Positions 1-8,948 of a stretch of 54,451 nucleotides of DNA are shown piece after piece. The stretch comes from Planctomycetota bacterium (GTDB lineage: Bacteria > Planctomycetota > DG-23 > DATKVD01). Within the stretch, counting starts at the first letter, position 1; the number at the start of each line of letters is the position of its first letter. The notes under the pieces were generated by a model. It was given only the letters and a program-made list of their open reading frames with translations. It was not told the DNA's origin and made no database searches. The translations under genes and the position numbers were made by a program. The stretch is taken from positions 1 to 54,451 of the forward strand of contig DATKVD010000522.1 of the NCBI GenBank assembly GCA_035530235.1, given 5' to 3'.

Positions 1-543
1 GAGGCGTCGAAGGCGATGTCGCGGGGCATCGGTTACGCGGGCGAGGGCGACGTGCTGACCGCGTCGCTGGTGGGGGCGCTGCTCGCCGCGTTCGACCAGA
101 CCACCTTCACCGAGATCTTCTGTCCCGACTGGAAAGGTGGACAGGTGTTCCTCTCGCACATGGGCGAGATCAACCCGCGGACGGCCGCGGCGAAACCAAC
201 GCTCTGCGAGAAACCGTTCCCCTACACCCCCGCCGAGAACCCCGCCGTCCTCGCCTGCGCCGTCAAACCCGGCGCCGCCGTCCTCGTCAACCTCAGCCCG
301 GGGCCCGACGAATCGTTCCGACTGATCGTCGCGCCCGTCGAGGTGACCGGTGACACGACGCGCGACGACATGAAGCGCAGCGTGCGCGGGTGGATTCGCC
401 CGAGACGCACGACGGCGGCGTTCCTGGAGGCGTACTCGCGTCTGGGGGGCACGCACCACAGCGCGCTGGTGTTGGGCGATCACGCCGAGGCGATCGAGGC
501 GTTCGCACGGTTCGCAGGTCTCGAGTGTCGCGTCATCGACTGA
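1..543 (+). CDS. Sugar isomerase, C-terminal part (FucI/AraA-like), 5' end cut by window edge
   Basis: Frame 1 is open from nt 1, so the ORF-track ATG at 16 is internal. GYAGEGDV...FLSHMGE...HHSALVLGDH resembles the C-terminal half of L-fucose/L-arabinose-type isomerases (from memory, not searched). The next gene starts 9 nt after its stop. Confidence 0.5.
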   Translation, partial: EASKAMSRGIGYAGEGDVLTASLVGALLAAFDQTTFTEIFCPDWKGGQVFLSHMGEINPRTAAAKPTLCEKPFPYTPAENPAVLACAVKPGAAVLVNLSPGPDESFRLIVAPVEVTGDTTRDDMKRSVRGWIRPRRTTAAFLEAYSRLGGTHHSALVLGDHAEAIEAFARFAGLECRVID

Positions 544-552
544 GAGGATACG

Positions 553-1668
553 ATGGGGAAACTTTCGCAGCTGAACGTGGGGATCGCGGGGGCCTGCGGG
601 CGCGGGCAGAGCTTCAAGACGGCGTGCGACGCGCTGGAGGTCGTGCGCATCCACGCCGTCTGCGACGTCAACACCGACGAGCTTGAAGCCGCGCGCGAGC
701 GACTGGGCGCCGACGAGGCCTTCGACGATTACGATACGATGCTCGAGAAGTCGGAACTCGACGCGGTGATCATCGGCACGCCGATGCACTTCCACGTCCC
801 GCAGGCGGTGGCCGCGCTCGAACGCGGACGGCACGTCCTCAGCGAGGTGCCCGCCGCCGTGTCGCTCGACGAATGCCGAGACCTCGTGCAGGCGTGCCGG
901 CGAAGCAAGACCGTCTACATGATGGCCGAGAACTACTGCTACACTCGACCGAGCGTGATGGTGCGCGAGATCGCCCGACGCGGACTCTTCGGCACCCCCT
1001 ACTACGCCGTCGGGGAGTACCTGCACGAGCTGAAGCAGCTCAACGAGGTGACGAAGTGGCGTCGGCGCTGGCAGACGGGGGTCAACGGTGTGACCTACGG
1101 CACGCACAGCCTGGGACCGATCCTGCAGTGGATGCCGGGCGAGCGGGTGGTATCGGTGAGCTGCGCGGGGACGGGACATCACTACCGCGACCCGCGCGGG
1201 GACGTCTACGAGAACGAGGACTCGTGCACGATGCTGTGCCGGATGAGCGGGGGCGGACTCGCGGTGATCCGCGTGGACATGCTCTCGGACCGTCCGCACG
1301 CGATGCACAACCACGAATTCCAGGGGACCGACGGGTGCTACGAGTCGCCGCGAGGTCCGGGTGAGAAGCACCGCATCTGGCTGCGCTCGCTCGGCGACGA
1401 TGCGAACACGTGGCGCGACCTCGTCGAGCTCGAGGAGGAGTTCCTGCCCGATTTCTGGCGCACGGCCTCGGACGCGGCGGCGAAGGCCGGCCACGGGGGC
1501 GGCGACTATTTCGAGATCCTCGACTTCGTCGACGCCGTCCAGGGAGTCCGTCCGTGCCCCATCGGCATCCACGAGGCCATGGACATGACGCTGCCGGGAC
1601 TGGTGAGCCAGCAGTCCATCGCGCAGGACAGCGCGTGGCTCGACGTGCCCGACTCGCGCGACTGGTGA
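553..1668 (+). CDS. Gfo/Idh/MocA family NAD(P)-dependent oxidoreductase
   Basis: 371 aa. N-terminal Rossmann segment VGIAGACGRG, then DAVIIGTPMHFH and an SEVP (EKP-like) motif. Length and layout are typical of the family. Confidence 0.85.
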   Translation: MGKLSQLNVGIAGACGRGQSFKTACDALEVVRIHAVCDVNTDELEAARERLGADEAFDDYDTMLEKSELDAVIIGTPMHFHVPQAVAALERGRHVLSEVPAAVSLDECRDLVQACRRSKTVYMMAENYCYTRPSVMVREIARRGLFGTPYYAVGEYLHELKQLNEVTKWRRRWQTGVNGVTYGTHSLGPILQWMPGERVVSVSCAGTGHHYRDPRGDVYENEDSCTMLCRMSGGGLAVIRVDMLSDRPHAMHNHEFQGTDGCYESPRGPGEKHRIWLRSLGDDANTWRDLVELEEEFLPDFWRTASDAAAKAGHGGGDYFEILDFVDAVQGVRPCPIGIHEAMDMTLPGLVSQQSIAQDSAWLDVPDSRDW

Positions 1669-1675
1669 GACGACC

Positions 1676-3136
1676 ATGAGCGACGAACACTACATCGGCG
1701 TCGACCTGGGCACGACGGGTGTCAAGGCGGGCGTCGTCGCCCAAGACGGCACCATGCTTGCGATGGCGGCCCGCGAGGTGACGCTCGACACACCCGCGCC
1801 GGGACGTGTCGAGTTCGACGGGGAAGCCTACCTCGCCCTCGCGTTCGACAGCATGCGCGAGGCGCTCGCCGAAGCAAAGGTTCATCCAACGTCCGTCAGA
1901 AGCATCGGCATCAGCTCGCAGGCGCAGACCTTCGTCGTCCTGGGCAAGAACGACCGGCCGCTGCGGCAGGCGATCAGCTGGCTGGACGTCCGCGCCGAAG
2001 CCGAAGCCAAGGAACTCTCGGCACCGTCTCTGGATCTCTGCGGACGCGAGGCCAACGCCATCGCCAGCGGACCGAAACTGCTGTGGCTCCGTCGTCACGA
2101 GCCCGAGGTCATGGCGAAGGTGAAACGCGTCCTCCTGACGCCCGATCACCTCATCTTCGTCCTCACCGGCAACGCGATCAGTGATCCCATCACGGCGGGG
2201 TCCACCGCGATGTACGACCGTCGTGACGGCCGATGGGTCGAGACGCTTCTCGAGCGGTGCGGTCTGACGGCGGCGATGATGCCGGAGGTGCGTCACGCAG
2301 GCGAGTCGGCCGGGACGCTGTTGCCGCAAGCGGCGGCGCAGCTTGGACTTACGGAGACTACACTCGTCGCCGTCGGCACCAACGATCAGTCGGTCGGGGC
2401 GATCGGCGCGGGAAACGTCACGCCCGGGTGTGTGTCCATCACGCTCGGCACGGCGCTGGCCATCATCGTCACGCGCGAGACCGACGAAGGCGCTCCCGAG
2501 GGAATCGGGGGCGGCATTCACGCGGCGCCCGGGCTCTATACGCATCTTGCGTTTGCCAAGACGTCCGGCATCGTGTTGAAATGGTTCCGTGACAACTTCG
2601 CGTCGGGGCTCAGCTACGACGAACTCTTCGAGGAAGTGTCGCTGGTGCGGATCGGGTGTGAGGACCTGAGCTGTCTGCCACATTTCTCGGGGACGGCGAC
2701 ACCCAGGTTCAACCCGTCGGCACGCGGGGCCTTCGCGGGCCTCAACCTGTCACACACGCGCGCACACCTGGCACGCGCCGTCGTCGAGTCCTTGACGTTC
2801 ACCATTCGTGAGAACCTGGAGCTGCTGGCCCGGGGCGGGCCTCTGCGTGAGATCCGCGTCTGGGGCGGCGGGGCCCGGTCCGACGTCTGGCTCCAGATGA
2901 TCGCCGACGCAACCGGCTTCTCAGTCGAGCGCGTCGCCACGACGGAAGCCGCCGTCCTCGGGGCCGCCGAACTGGCGATGGTCGCCACCGGGCGTTTCAC
3001 CTCCATCGCCGAAGCCTCGGCCGCCCTCTACCGTGCCGCGAAACGCTTCGAGCCGGATGCGTCCTTGAAGCCGCCATACGACGACGCCTTCGAACGATAC
3101 CGCACACTCTACCACTCGCTTTACGGGAAGGAGTAA
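1676..3136 (+). CDS. FGGY-family carbohydrate kinase (xylulokinase/LsrK-like)
   Basis: 486 aa. IGVDLGTTGVKAG N-terminal actin-fold motif, GTNDQSVGAIGAG, and C-terminal GGGARSDVWLQMIAD. Starts 8 nt after the upstream stop. Confidence 0.85.
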   Translation: MSDEHYIGVDLGTTGVKAGVVAQDGTMLAMAAREVTLDTPAPGRVEFDGEAYLALAFDSMREALAEAKVHPTSVRSIGISSQAQTFVVLGKNDRPLRQAISWLDVRAEAEAKELSAPSLDLCGREANAIASGPKLLWLRRHEPEVMAKVKRVLLTPDHLIFVLTGNAISDPITAGSTAMYDRRDGRWVETLLERCGLTAAMMPEVRHAGESAGTLLPQAAAQLGLTETTLVAVGTNDQSVGAIGAGNVTPGCVSITLGTALAIIVTRETDEGAPEGIGGGIHAAPGLYTHLAFAKTSGIVLKWFRDNFASGLSYDELFEEVSLVRIGCEDLSCLPHFSGTATPRFNPSARGAFAGLNLSHTRAHLARAVVESLTFTIRENLELLARGGPLREIRVWGGGARSDVWLQMIADATGFSVERVATTEAAVLGAAELAMVATGRFTSIAEASAALYRAAKRFEPDASLKPPYDDAFERYRTLYHSLYGKE

Positions 3137-3138
3137 CC

Positions 3139-3972
3139 ATGTCCATTGCGCCGAGAATGAACCGCCTCTTCGCCGCGGACGGGAAATGCTTCAACGTCGC
3201 GATCGATCACGGGTTCTTCAACGAGTTCGAATTCCTCAAGGGCATCGAGGACCTGAAGCGTGTGATTGAAACGGTCGTCAAGGCCGGTCCCGACGTTGTC
3301 CAGTTGTCCGTCGGCCAGGCCCGGCTGCTCCAGGCCATCCCGGGCGGGCGGAAGCCCGCGCTTGCACTCCGCACCGACACCGGCAACATGTACGGGAAAC
3401 AGATCCCGAAACACGTGTTCAGCCAGATGATGGACGACCCGGTCGAGCTTGCCGTGCGTCTCGACGCCGCCTGCGTCGTCGTCAACCTCCTGATAATGCC
3501 GGACGAGCCGGAGATGTATCACGACTGCATCACCAACCTGTGCAAAATCAAGCCGGCCTGTGAGCGGTTCGGGATGCCGCTGATGGTGGAGCCGCTGGTC
3601 CTCCAGCCGAACGAGAAGGCCGGCGGGTACATGGTTGACGGGACCCTCGAGAAGATCATGCCGCTGGTCCGGCAGGCGGTCGAGCTGGGTGCGGACGTCA
3701 TCAAGGGCGACCCGTGCGACGACGTGTCGGAATATCACCGGGTGATCGAGGTGGCGTGCGGCGTTCCGGTCCTGGTGCGCGGGGGCGGGCGCGTGACGGA
3801 TGAGGAGATCCTGAAGCGCACGGAAGCCCTGATGAAACAGGGGGCGGTCGGCATCGTCTACGGTCGCAACGTCATTCAACATCCCGATCCCCAGCGCATG
3901 ACCCGGGCACTCATGGCCGTTGTTCACGAAGGGGTGAGTGCCGCGGAGGCGCTCCGGATGCTGAAGGGGTGA
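3139..3972 (+). CDS. DhnA/LsrF-type class I aldolase
   Basis: 277 aa. NVAIDHG, DVIKGDP (candidate Schiff-base lysine region), VLVRGGG and GIVYGRNV fit the DeoC/LacD/DhnA aldolase fold. ATG is 3 nt after the kinase stop. Confidence 0.75.
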   Translation: MSIAPRMNRLFAADGKCFNVAIDHGFFNEFEFLKGIEDLKRVIETVVKAGPDVVQLSVGQARLLQAIPGGRKPALALRTDTGNMYGKQIPKHVFSQMMDDPVELAVRLDAACVVVNLLIMPDEPEMYHDCITNLCKIKPACERFGMPLMVEPLVLQPNEKAGGYMVDGTLEKIMPLVRQAVELGADVIKGDPCDDVSEYHRVIEVACGVPVLVRGGGRVTDEEILKRTEALMKQGAVGIVYGRNVIQHPDPQRMTRALMAVVHEGVSAAEALRMLKG

Positions 3973-4017
3973 AGCCACTCATGCCGGTCGGTGCAGAGCG
4001 GATCCGTTCGAACGCAC

Positions 4018-4046
4018 TTGACAGGGACGTCTGTGCCGTCTATCCT
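4018..4046 (+). promoter_or_regulatory. Candidate sigma-70 promoter for the 4093-8683 gene pair
   Basis: TTGACA (4018-4023), 17-nt spacer, TATCCT (4041-4046). Lies in the 120-nt gap after the aldolase stop, 47 nt upstream of GTG 4093. Confidence 0.4.
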
Positions 4047-4092
4047 GATGGTCTGAGGCCCACGGCTTTTCCCACGACCACCGGCGGGAGGG

Positions 4093-5913
4093 GTGCCGTT
4101 GACAAGACGCACGCCAAAGAGTCGACGCGTGGTTCCGGTCGTCGCCGGCTCGCTGCTGGTCGTGCTTGTGGTTGCGCTTCCCCTCCTCCACTGCCTGCAC
4201 ACGAGACATGTTGCGGGGCTCTTCGCCGGTCCCTCCGTCGACAGCAGCGAGACGGCCCGCACGGGCTTCTACGCCCTGCCCGTCTACAAGCTGGAAGCCT
4301 ACCAGACCGGCACCGAGGAGGACAACGCAGCGGCGAGACCCGGTCTCCTGGACCGGTCGGCTGAAGACGAGAGATTCGAGCGCATCGAGGGCATTCACCC
4401 GGACTACAAGCTGGACGTCACGAGCGGCGCCACCCGCGCGGCACGCATGAAGGAGCCGACCTCGCACCGGGATCCCTGGGTCCCGCGCTTTCTCACCATC
4501 ACCTATCCCCCGGACAACGCCCTTTTCCCGCCGAACCTGTGCGCCCCGTTCGTGGAATGGAACGACATCCACAACAACCTCTGGCAGGTGACGGTGTCCA
4601 TTCCCCACGCACAGCTGGAGTGGAAGTCTCTCACGGCGGAACGTCGGTGGCGCGTGCCGGACACCGTCTGGGCACGCATCAAGGAGCATGCCGCCGCCGG
4701 GGCGGCCTCCGTGCAAGTCCGGGGCATCAGGCGGAGCGGTCTCTGGGGCAAGGCCGCGCCGACCGTTCATCGATCGCAACGGGTCACTTTCCGCATCGCA
4801 CGTGATCCGGCCGACAACATCATCGTCTACCGTCTGGTCGATCCCCCCTTCGCCAACCGCAAGACCCCGAGCCTGTTCATCCGCGACATCCGGCTCACGC
4901 GCCCCACCGTCTTCCTCGACGCGCGCCAGCAGTACTGCGTCAACTGTCACGCGTTCTCCTCCAAGAAGGGCACGCACGGCAGGCTCTCGCTCCAGGTCCG
5001 ATACGTCGGAGACGAGCCCGCGGACCATGCCGTCTATGCCGCCGTTTACGACATCGACCGGCACGAGGGCAGGAAGACCATCTTCCCGTTCGACGTTCAG
5101 ATGAGCACGTTCATGGCGTGGTCTCCCGACGAGACGCGACTGGCGGTTGCGGCCCGTCAGCGGTTCGCCCCGCGCACCGGTCCCGTCATCTTCGAGACGC
5201 AGACCATCGGTCAGGATTCCGACATCGCCGTCTACAACGCCCTCGACGGCACGGGGGCCCTGCTCCCGGGGGCGTCCGAGCCCAAGGTCCTCGAAACCTA
5301 TCCACGGTGGACACCCGACGGGAAGTCGATCGTCTATTCGTCCGCCCCCGTCGGCAAGCACCCGTCCATCACACAACTCGATCTCTACATCATTCCCTTC
5401 CGTGACGGTCTGGGCGGCAGCCCGGCACCGGTTCCGGGGGCATCGGCCAACGGGAAGAGCAACTTCTACGCCCGGTTTTCGCCCGACGGCAAATGGATGA
5501 GCTGGGTCCAGGCGGACTACGCCTCCCTCATCAAGGCGTCCAGTGACATCTACCTGATGTCCGCCGATTTCCGGTCCGGGCCCAGGGCACTGGCCTCGAA
5601 CGTCCCCCACGCGGCCGACTCGTGGCACAGCTGGTCCTCCAACAGCCGCTGGATCCTCTTCGCCACCAAACGTGAGGACGGCATTTTCGCACGACTCTAC
5701 ATGACGCACATCGACGAGGCCGGGAACGCCTCGCCCGCGGTGCGACTGCCCATCGAGACCCCGCGCATGAGGATGTCCTTCAACATCCCCGAGTTCCTGG
5801 CAGAGAGACCCCCCATCGAGGAGCACCGGCTCTTCGAGGGGATGTGTATCCGTGCCGAGAGTTTCAAGGTCAAGCCCCCTGCGGCCGAGGCAAATGGAAC
5901 AGCATCAGAGTAA
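4093..5913 (+). CDS. Membrane-anchored protein with a single CxxCH motif and C-terminal PD40/TolB-like beta-propeller repeats
   Basis: 606 aa. Start is GTG 4093 or in-frame TTG 4099, which is better spaced from GGGAGGG at 4086-4092. Hydrophobic anchor VVPVVAGSLLVVLVVALPLL. CVNCH at nt 4936-4950. PD40-like repeats WSPDETRLAV, WTPDGKSIVYSS, FSPDGKWMSWV, SSNSRWILFAT. Confidence 0.6.
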   Translation: MPLTRRTPKSRRVVPVVAGSLLVVLVVALPLLHCLHTRHVAGLFAGPSVDSSETARTGFYALPVYKLEAYQTGTEEDNAAARPGLLDRSAEDERFERIEGIHPDYKLDVTSGATRAARMKEPTSHRDPWVPRFLTITYPPDNALFPPNLCAPFVEWNDIHNNLWQVTVSIPHAQLEWKSLTAERRWRVPDTVWARIKEHAAAGAASVQVRGIRRSGLWGKAAPTVHRSQRVTFRIARDPADNIIVYRLVDPPFANRKTPSLFIRDIRLTRPTVFLDARQQYCVNCHAFSSKKGTHGRLSLQVRYVGDEPADHAVYAAVYDIDRHEGRKTIFPFDVQMSTFMAWSPDETRLAVAARQRFAPRTGPVIFETQTIGQDSDIAVYNALDGTGALLPGASEPKVLETYPRWTPDGKSIVYSSAPVGKHPSITQLDLYIIPFRDGLGGSPAPVPGASANGKSNFYARFSPDGKWMSWVQADYASLIKASSDIYLMSADFRSGPRALASNVPHAADSWHSWSSNSRWILFATKREDGIFARLYMTHIDEAGNASPAVRLPIETPRMRMSFNIPEFLAERPPIEEHRLFEGMCIRAESFKVKPPAAEANGTASE

Positions 5914-8683
5914 CACGTCTTCCGGGATCATCGCGCGTCTCGACGCTGCGGGCCACCCTCGCTTCAGCGTGACGGCCGCTGTCGTTGTCCTCCTTGCACT
6001 GGTGCTCTTCGCCCCGTCACTCACGTCCGGAACCTTCGTCAACGCGTCGGACTCCATCCTGCGCCTGTCGCTCGTCTCCCACGTCCGGCACATTCCCGGG
6101 ATCTTCGGCCAGGACTTCATGGGATTCACCGACGGGCGGTATCGTCCGTTCTCCTACGCCGTGCTGGCACTCGTACGCACCTTCGCCTCCCCCGATGACG
6201 TCGTCTTCTGGAACCTGTGGCTGCTGGCATTCCACGTGCTGAACGCCCTTCTGGTCTATGCGGTTGCACGACACTTCACCGATCGCCCCACGGGACCACT
6301 CCTGGCGCTCGGCGTCTTCCTGCTCCATCCGCTCGCGTCCGCCTTCGGCAGCCGCATCAACCTCTTCCCGCACGTCCTTGGGGGAACCTTTTACCTCGGG
6401 GCACTGCTCTCGTATCTGAGATACGTCCGCACGCGCCGACTGCGCTTCTATCTCCCCGCGGTGCTGCTCTTTGCCGTCGGGCTCCTGACGTCCCACAGTG
6501 TGTTGACGCTCCCACTGCTCCTGCTCCTCTACGAACTGTTCTACGAACGAACGGGCATCGTGAGGACGATCGAGCGTCTGCTGCCGTTCGGCGCCTGTGC
6601 CGTGGCGGCCGGGTTCTGTTTCGTGATGTTCCACCCACACCGTGTGTTCTATATTTGCCCGCCGCTGCCTCCCGCACGGCCGCTGCGCTACTGGGCCTAC
6701 TCGTTCGCCGCCGGCGGACTGGACACTTTTGTCGGACTGCTCAGGGGCCGGCCTTTGCGCGTTGCGGTGAGCCGTCTCCTCGGCGGCATGTACAGCACGT
6801 GGAACCTGATACCGGCCACGTTGGCTCTCGCCGCGTGGCTTGCCGTCAGCATCCAGGCCCTTCTCGCGAAGCGCTGGGTCGCGGTCGGGACCTTCCTCCT
6901 GCTTCTCGGTGTGCTGCCGCAGTTCTCGTCCACGCACAACTTCACACCGGACTACCTGTTCTGGACCTTCCGATACCTTCCCCTGGTCGGGTTTGCGCTG
7001 CTTCTGGGCGCGGTCGTGGACCCCCTGCTGACCACCGTCGGTCGCCGCTTGTGCCTGGGGGTGCTCGCCGTCGCGGTGGCTGTCCTTCTCGCCTACGGGG
7101 CGCGCCTGGTCACCGTGAACGTCCACGCCCGAAACCCGGAAGACTACTGGCGCTATGCCCTCAAGATGGACCCCAGGAGTGAAACCGCCTCGGTGAACCT
7201 CGGCAAGGTCTACCTCGCGAAGGGAGACGAGAAGGAGGCATTGAAGCACCTGTTCTCGCCCGTGGTGGGATCGGTCCGTGAGAGCTGCCTCGCCATGGCC
7301 GGATACTACAGTCGCACGGGGGAGCGCGTGGCCGCCGTGGGACACCTGGGCATCGCCGACCGGGAGACGGTGTTCGGTCTTCAGTTTCAGGAGGATGCGC
7401 TCACATCCGCCCGGGTGCTGTATGACGCCCAGGCCTTCGACTTCGCCGAGCAGGAGCTTGGCAATGTCCTGATGGTGGACCCCCGGAACACCACGGCACT
7501 CAAGATGCTGGGCGACATCTTCCTGGCCAAGGGATACGTTCCGGCAGCGGTGGGCTGCTTCGAGGAGGTCGCCCTCGTCAATCCGACCGATACGGCAAAC
7601 ACGGAACGACTCGAAGCGCTGAGACGGCGTCTGTACGACCCCGAGGACCTCGACCGTCCGGCCACCATCGTCCCTCCCCCGCCCGACTGGCTGCGGTACG
7701 CGGTGACCCAGGTACACAGCCGGCGCATTTTTCCACAGATCCTGCGCGACGCACAGGCCCGCCCCGACGACCCCATCCTTCAGCTGGTCGCGGGCATCTG
7801 TCTATCCGAAGGCGGCCGCCACGGCCCGGCACTGGCGCACGTCGACCGGACCGTGAAAGCGATGCCCGCCTATCCCTTCGCCACGGTGGCCAAGTGCTAC
7901 GTCGCCCAGAATGCGGGCGACATCGCGCTGGCCGTGAAGACCATCGAGGAGGCGAGGCAACTCACCCCACGCGACGCCCACGTCTGGCTTCAGTTCGGCC
8001 AGAAGCGACTGGAGGCGGGCCAGCCCGCCCTCGCCATCGCCGCGACCCAACTCGCACTCAAGGGAAACCCGAACAAACCCCAGACGCACGGCGTCCTCGC
8101 CGGGCTCCTGGTCAGACAGGGCCGTTTCCCTGAGGCACTTCCCCACTATCGCGAGGCCCTTCACCAGCCGAGGGCCAGACTCGGCCACATCCACAACGGT
8201 CTCGGGTACGTGCTCATGTGTCTGGGGAGACTCGACGAAGCCGTTGCACACTACCGTGAATCCATCTCCATCAACCCGCGTCCCCCCGTGGTTTACCGCA
8301 ACCTGGCGGCGGCACTGGCGGGCAGGCAGCATTTCTCGGAGAGCATCGGTGCGCTGGAGGATGGACTGAGGATGGCTCCCGACGACGTGGGACTGCACCA
8401 GGATCTTGCGTGGCTGCTGGCGACCGCCCCGCAGTCGAAGCTGCGCGACGGCGCCCGTGCGGTGCGGCTTGCCGAGACGGCACTCAAGAACACCCGCCCC
8501 GTGACCCACGAGATGCTCGACGTCCTCGCCGCCGCTTACGCCGAAGACGGGCAGTTCCAGAAGGCCGTTGAGACCGCCCGGCAGGCCGTCAGACTGGCCG
8601 AGACTCAAGGCAAGCCACGTGCCGCCGACGCCTACCGTCAAAGACTGGAGCGCTACCTGCGTGCACAGCCCCTGAGCCCCTGA
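5894..8683 (+). CDS. TMTC-like membrane protein: N-terminal polytopic GT-C (PMT_2/DUF1736-like) domain plus C-terminal TPR array
   Basis: ORF is open from 5852. ATG 5894 is preferred and overlaps the upstream stop (5911-5913) by 20 nt. Many hydrophobic segments fill the first ~430 aa, with FVNASDSIL...YRPFSY resembling the first-loop motif of PMT/TMTC glycosyltransferases. About 500 aa of TPR-like repeats follow. Confidence 0.65.
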   Translation: MEQHQSNTSSGIIARLDAAGHPRFSVTAAVVVLLALVLFAPSLTSGTFVNASDSILRLSLVSHVRHIPGIFGQDFMGFTDGRYRPFSYAVLALVRTFASPDDVVFWNLWLLAFHVLNALLVYAVARHFTDRPTGPLLALGVFLLHPLASAFGSRINLFPHVLGGTFYLGALLSYLRYVRTRRLRFYLPAVLLFAVGLLTSHSVLTLPLLLLLYELFYERTGIVRTIERLLPFGACAVAAGFCFVMFHPHRVFYICPPLPPARPLRYWAYSFAAGGLDTFVGLLRGRPLRVAVSRLLGGMYSTWNLIPATLALAAWLAVSIQALLAKRWVAVGTFLLLLGVLPQFSSTHNFTPDYLFWTFRYLPLVGFALLLGAVVDPLLTTVGRRLCLGVLAVAVAVLLAYGARLVTVNVHARNPEDYWRYALKMDPRSETASVNLGKVYLAKGDEKEALKHLFSPVVGSVRESCLAMAGYYSRTGERVAAVGHLGIADRETVFGLQFQEDALTSARVLYDAQAFDFAEQELGNVLMVDPRNTTALKMLGDIFLAKGYVPAAVGCFEEVALVNPTDTANTERLEALRRRLYDPEDLDRPATIVPPPPDWLRYAVTQVHSRRIFPQILRDAQARPDDPILQLVAGICLSEGGRHGPALAHVDRTVKAMPAYPFATVAKCYVAQNAGDIALAVKTIEEARQLTPRDAHVWLQFGQKRLEAGQPALAIAATQLALKGNPNKPQTHGVLAGLLVRQGRFPEALPHYREALHQPRARLGHIHNGLGYVLMCLGRLDEAVAHYRESISINPRPPVVYRNLAAALAGRQHFSESIGALEDGLRMAPDDVGLHQDLAWLLATAPQSKLRDGARAVRLAETALKNTRPVTHEMLDVLAAAYAEDGQFQKAVETARQAVRLAETQGKPRAADAYRQRLERYLRAQPLSP

Positions 8684-8792
8684 TCGGCCGCCGGAGCGAC
8701 CGGCCGTGACAAACCCAGGCGCTTCGCCCTGCGCACATGCGAACCCCCAAAACGAAAGCAGCCGCGACTCCCTCGGGAGTCACGGCCCACTC

Positions 8793-8868
8793 TGGTGGGC
8801 AGGGGCGGAGTTGAACCGCCGACACCAGGATTTTCAGTCCTGTGCTCTACCGGCTGAGCTACCTGCCC
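8793..8868 (-). tRNA. tRNA-Phe (anticodon GAA), CCA encoded
   Basis: The minus strand reads GGGCAGG-TA-GCTC-AGCCGGTA-GAGC-A-CAGGA-CTGAAAA-TCCTG-GTGTC-GGCGG-TTCAACT-CCGCC-CCTGCCC-A-CCA. This is a full cloverleaf with a 7-bp acceptor stem and GAA in the anticodon loop. Confidence 0.93.
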
Positions 8869-8948
8869 GTGACGACTCCGGCAACGGACATGTTAGCCTT
8901 CGTGTCGGAAAAATCAAGGGCTTTCCGCGCGTTTTTGCCGAGGGGGCC

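Noticed and set aside
8766-8781. GACTCC-CTCG-GGAGTC hairpin downstream of tRNA-Phe, as an intrinsic terminator.
   Set aside because: The stem is only 6 bp, and the T-rich run on the minus strand (TTTCGTTTT) starts about 9 nt after the stem. Too weak to call.
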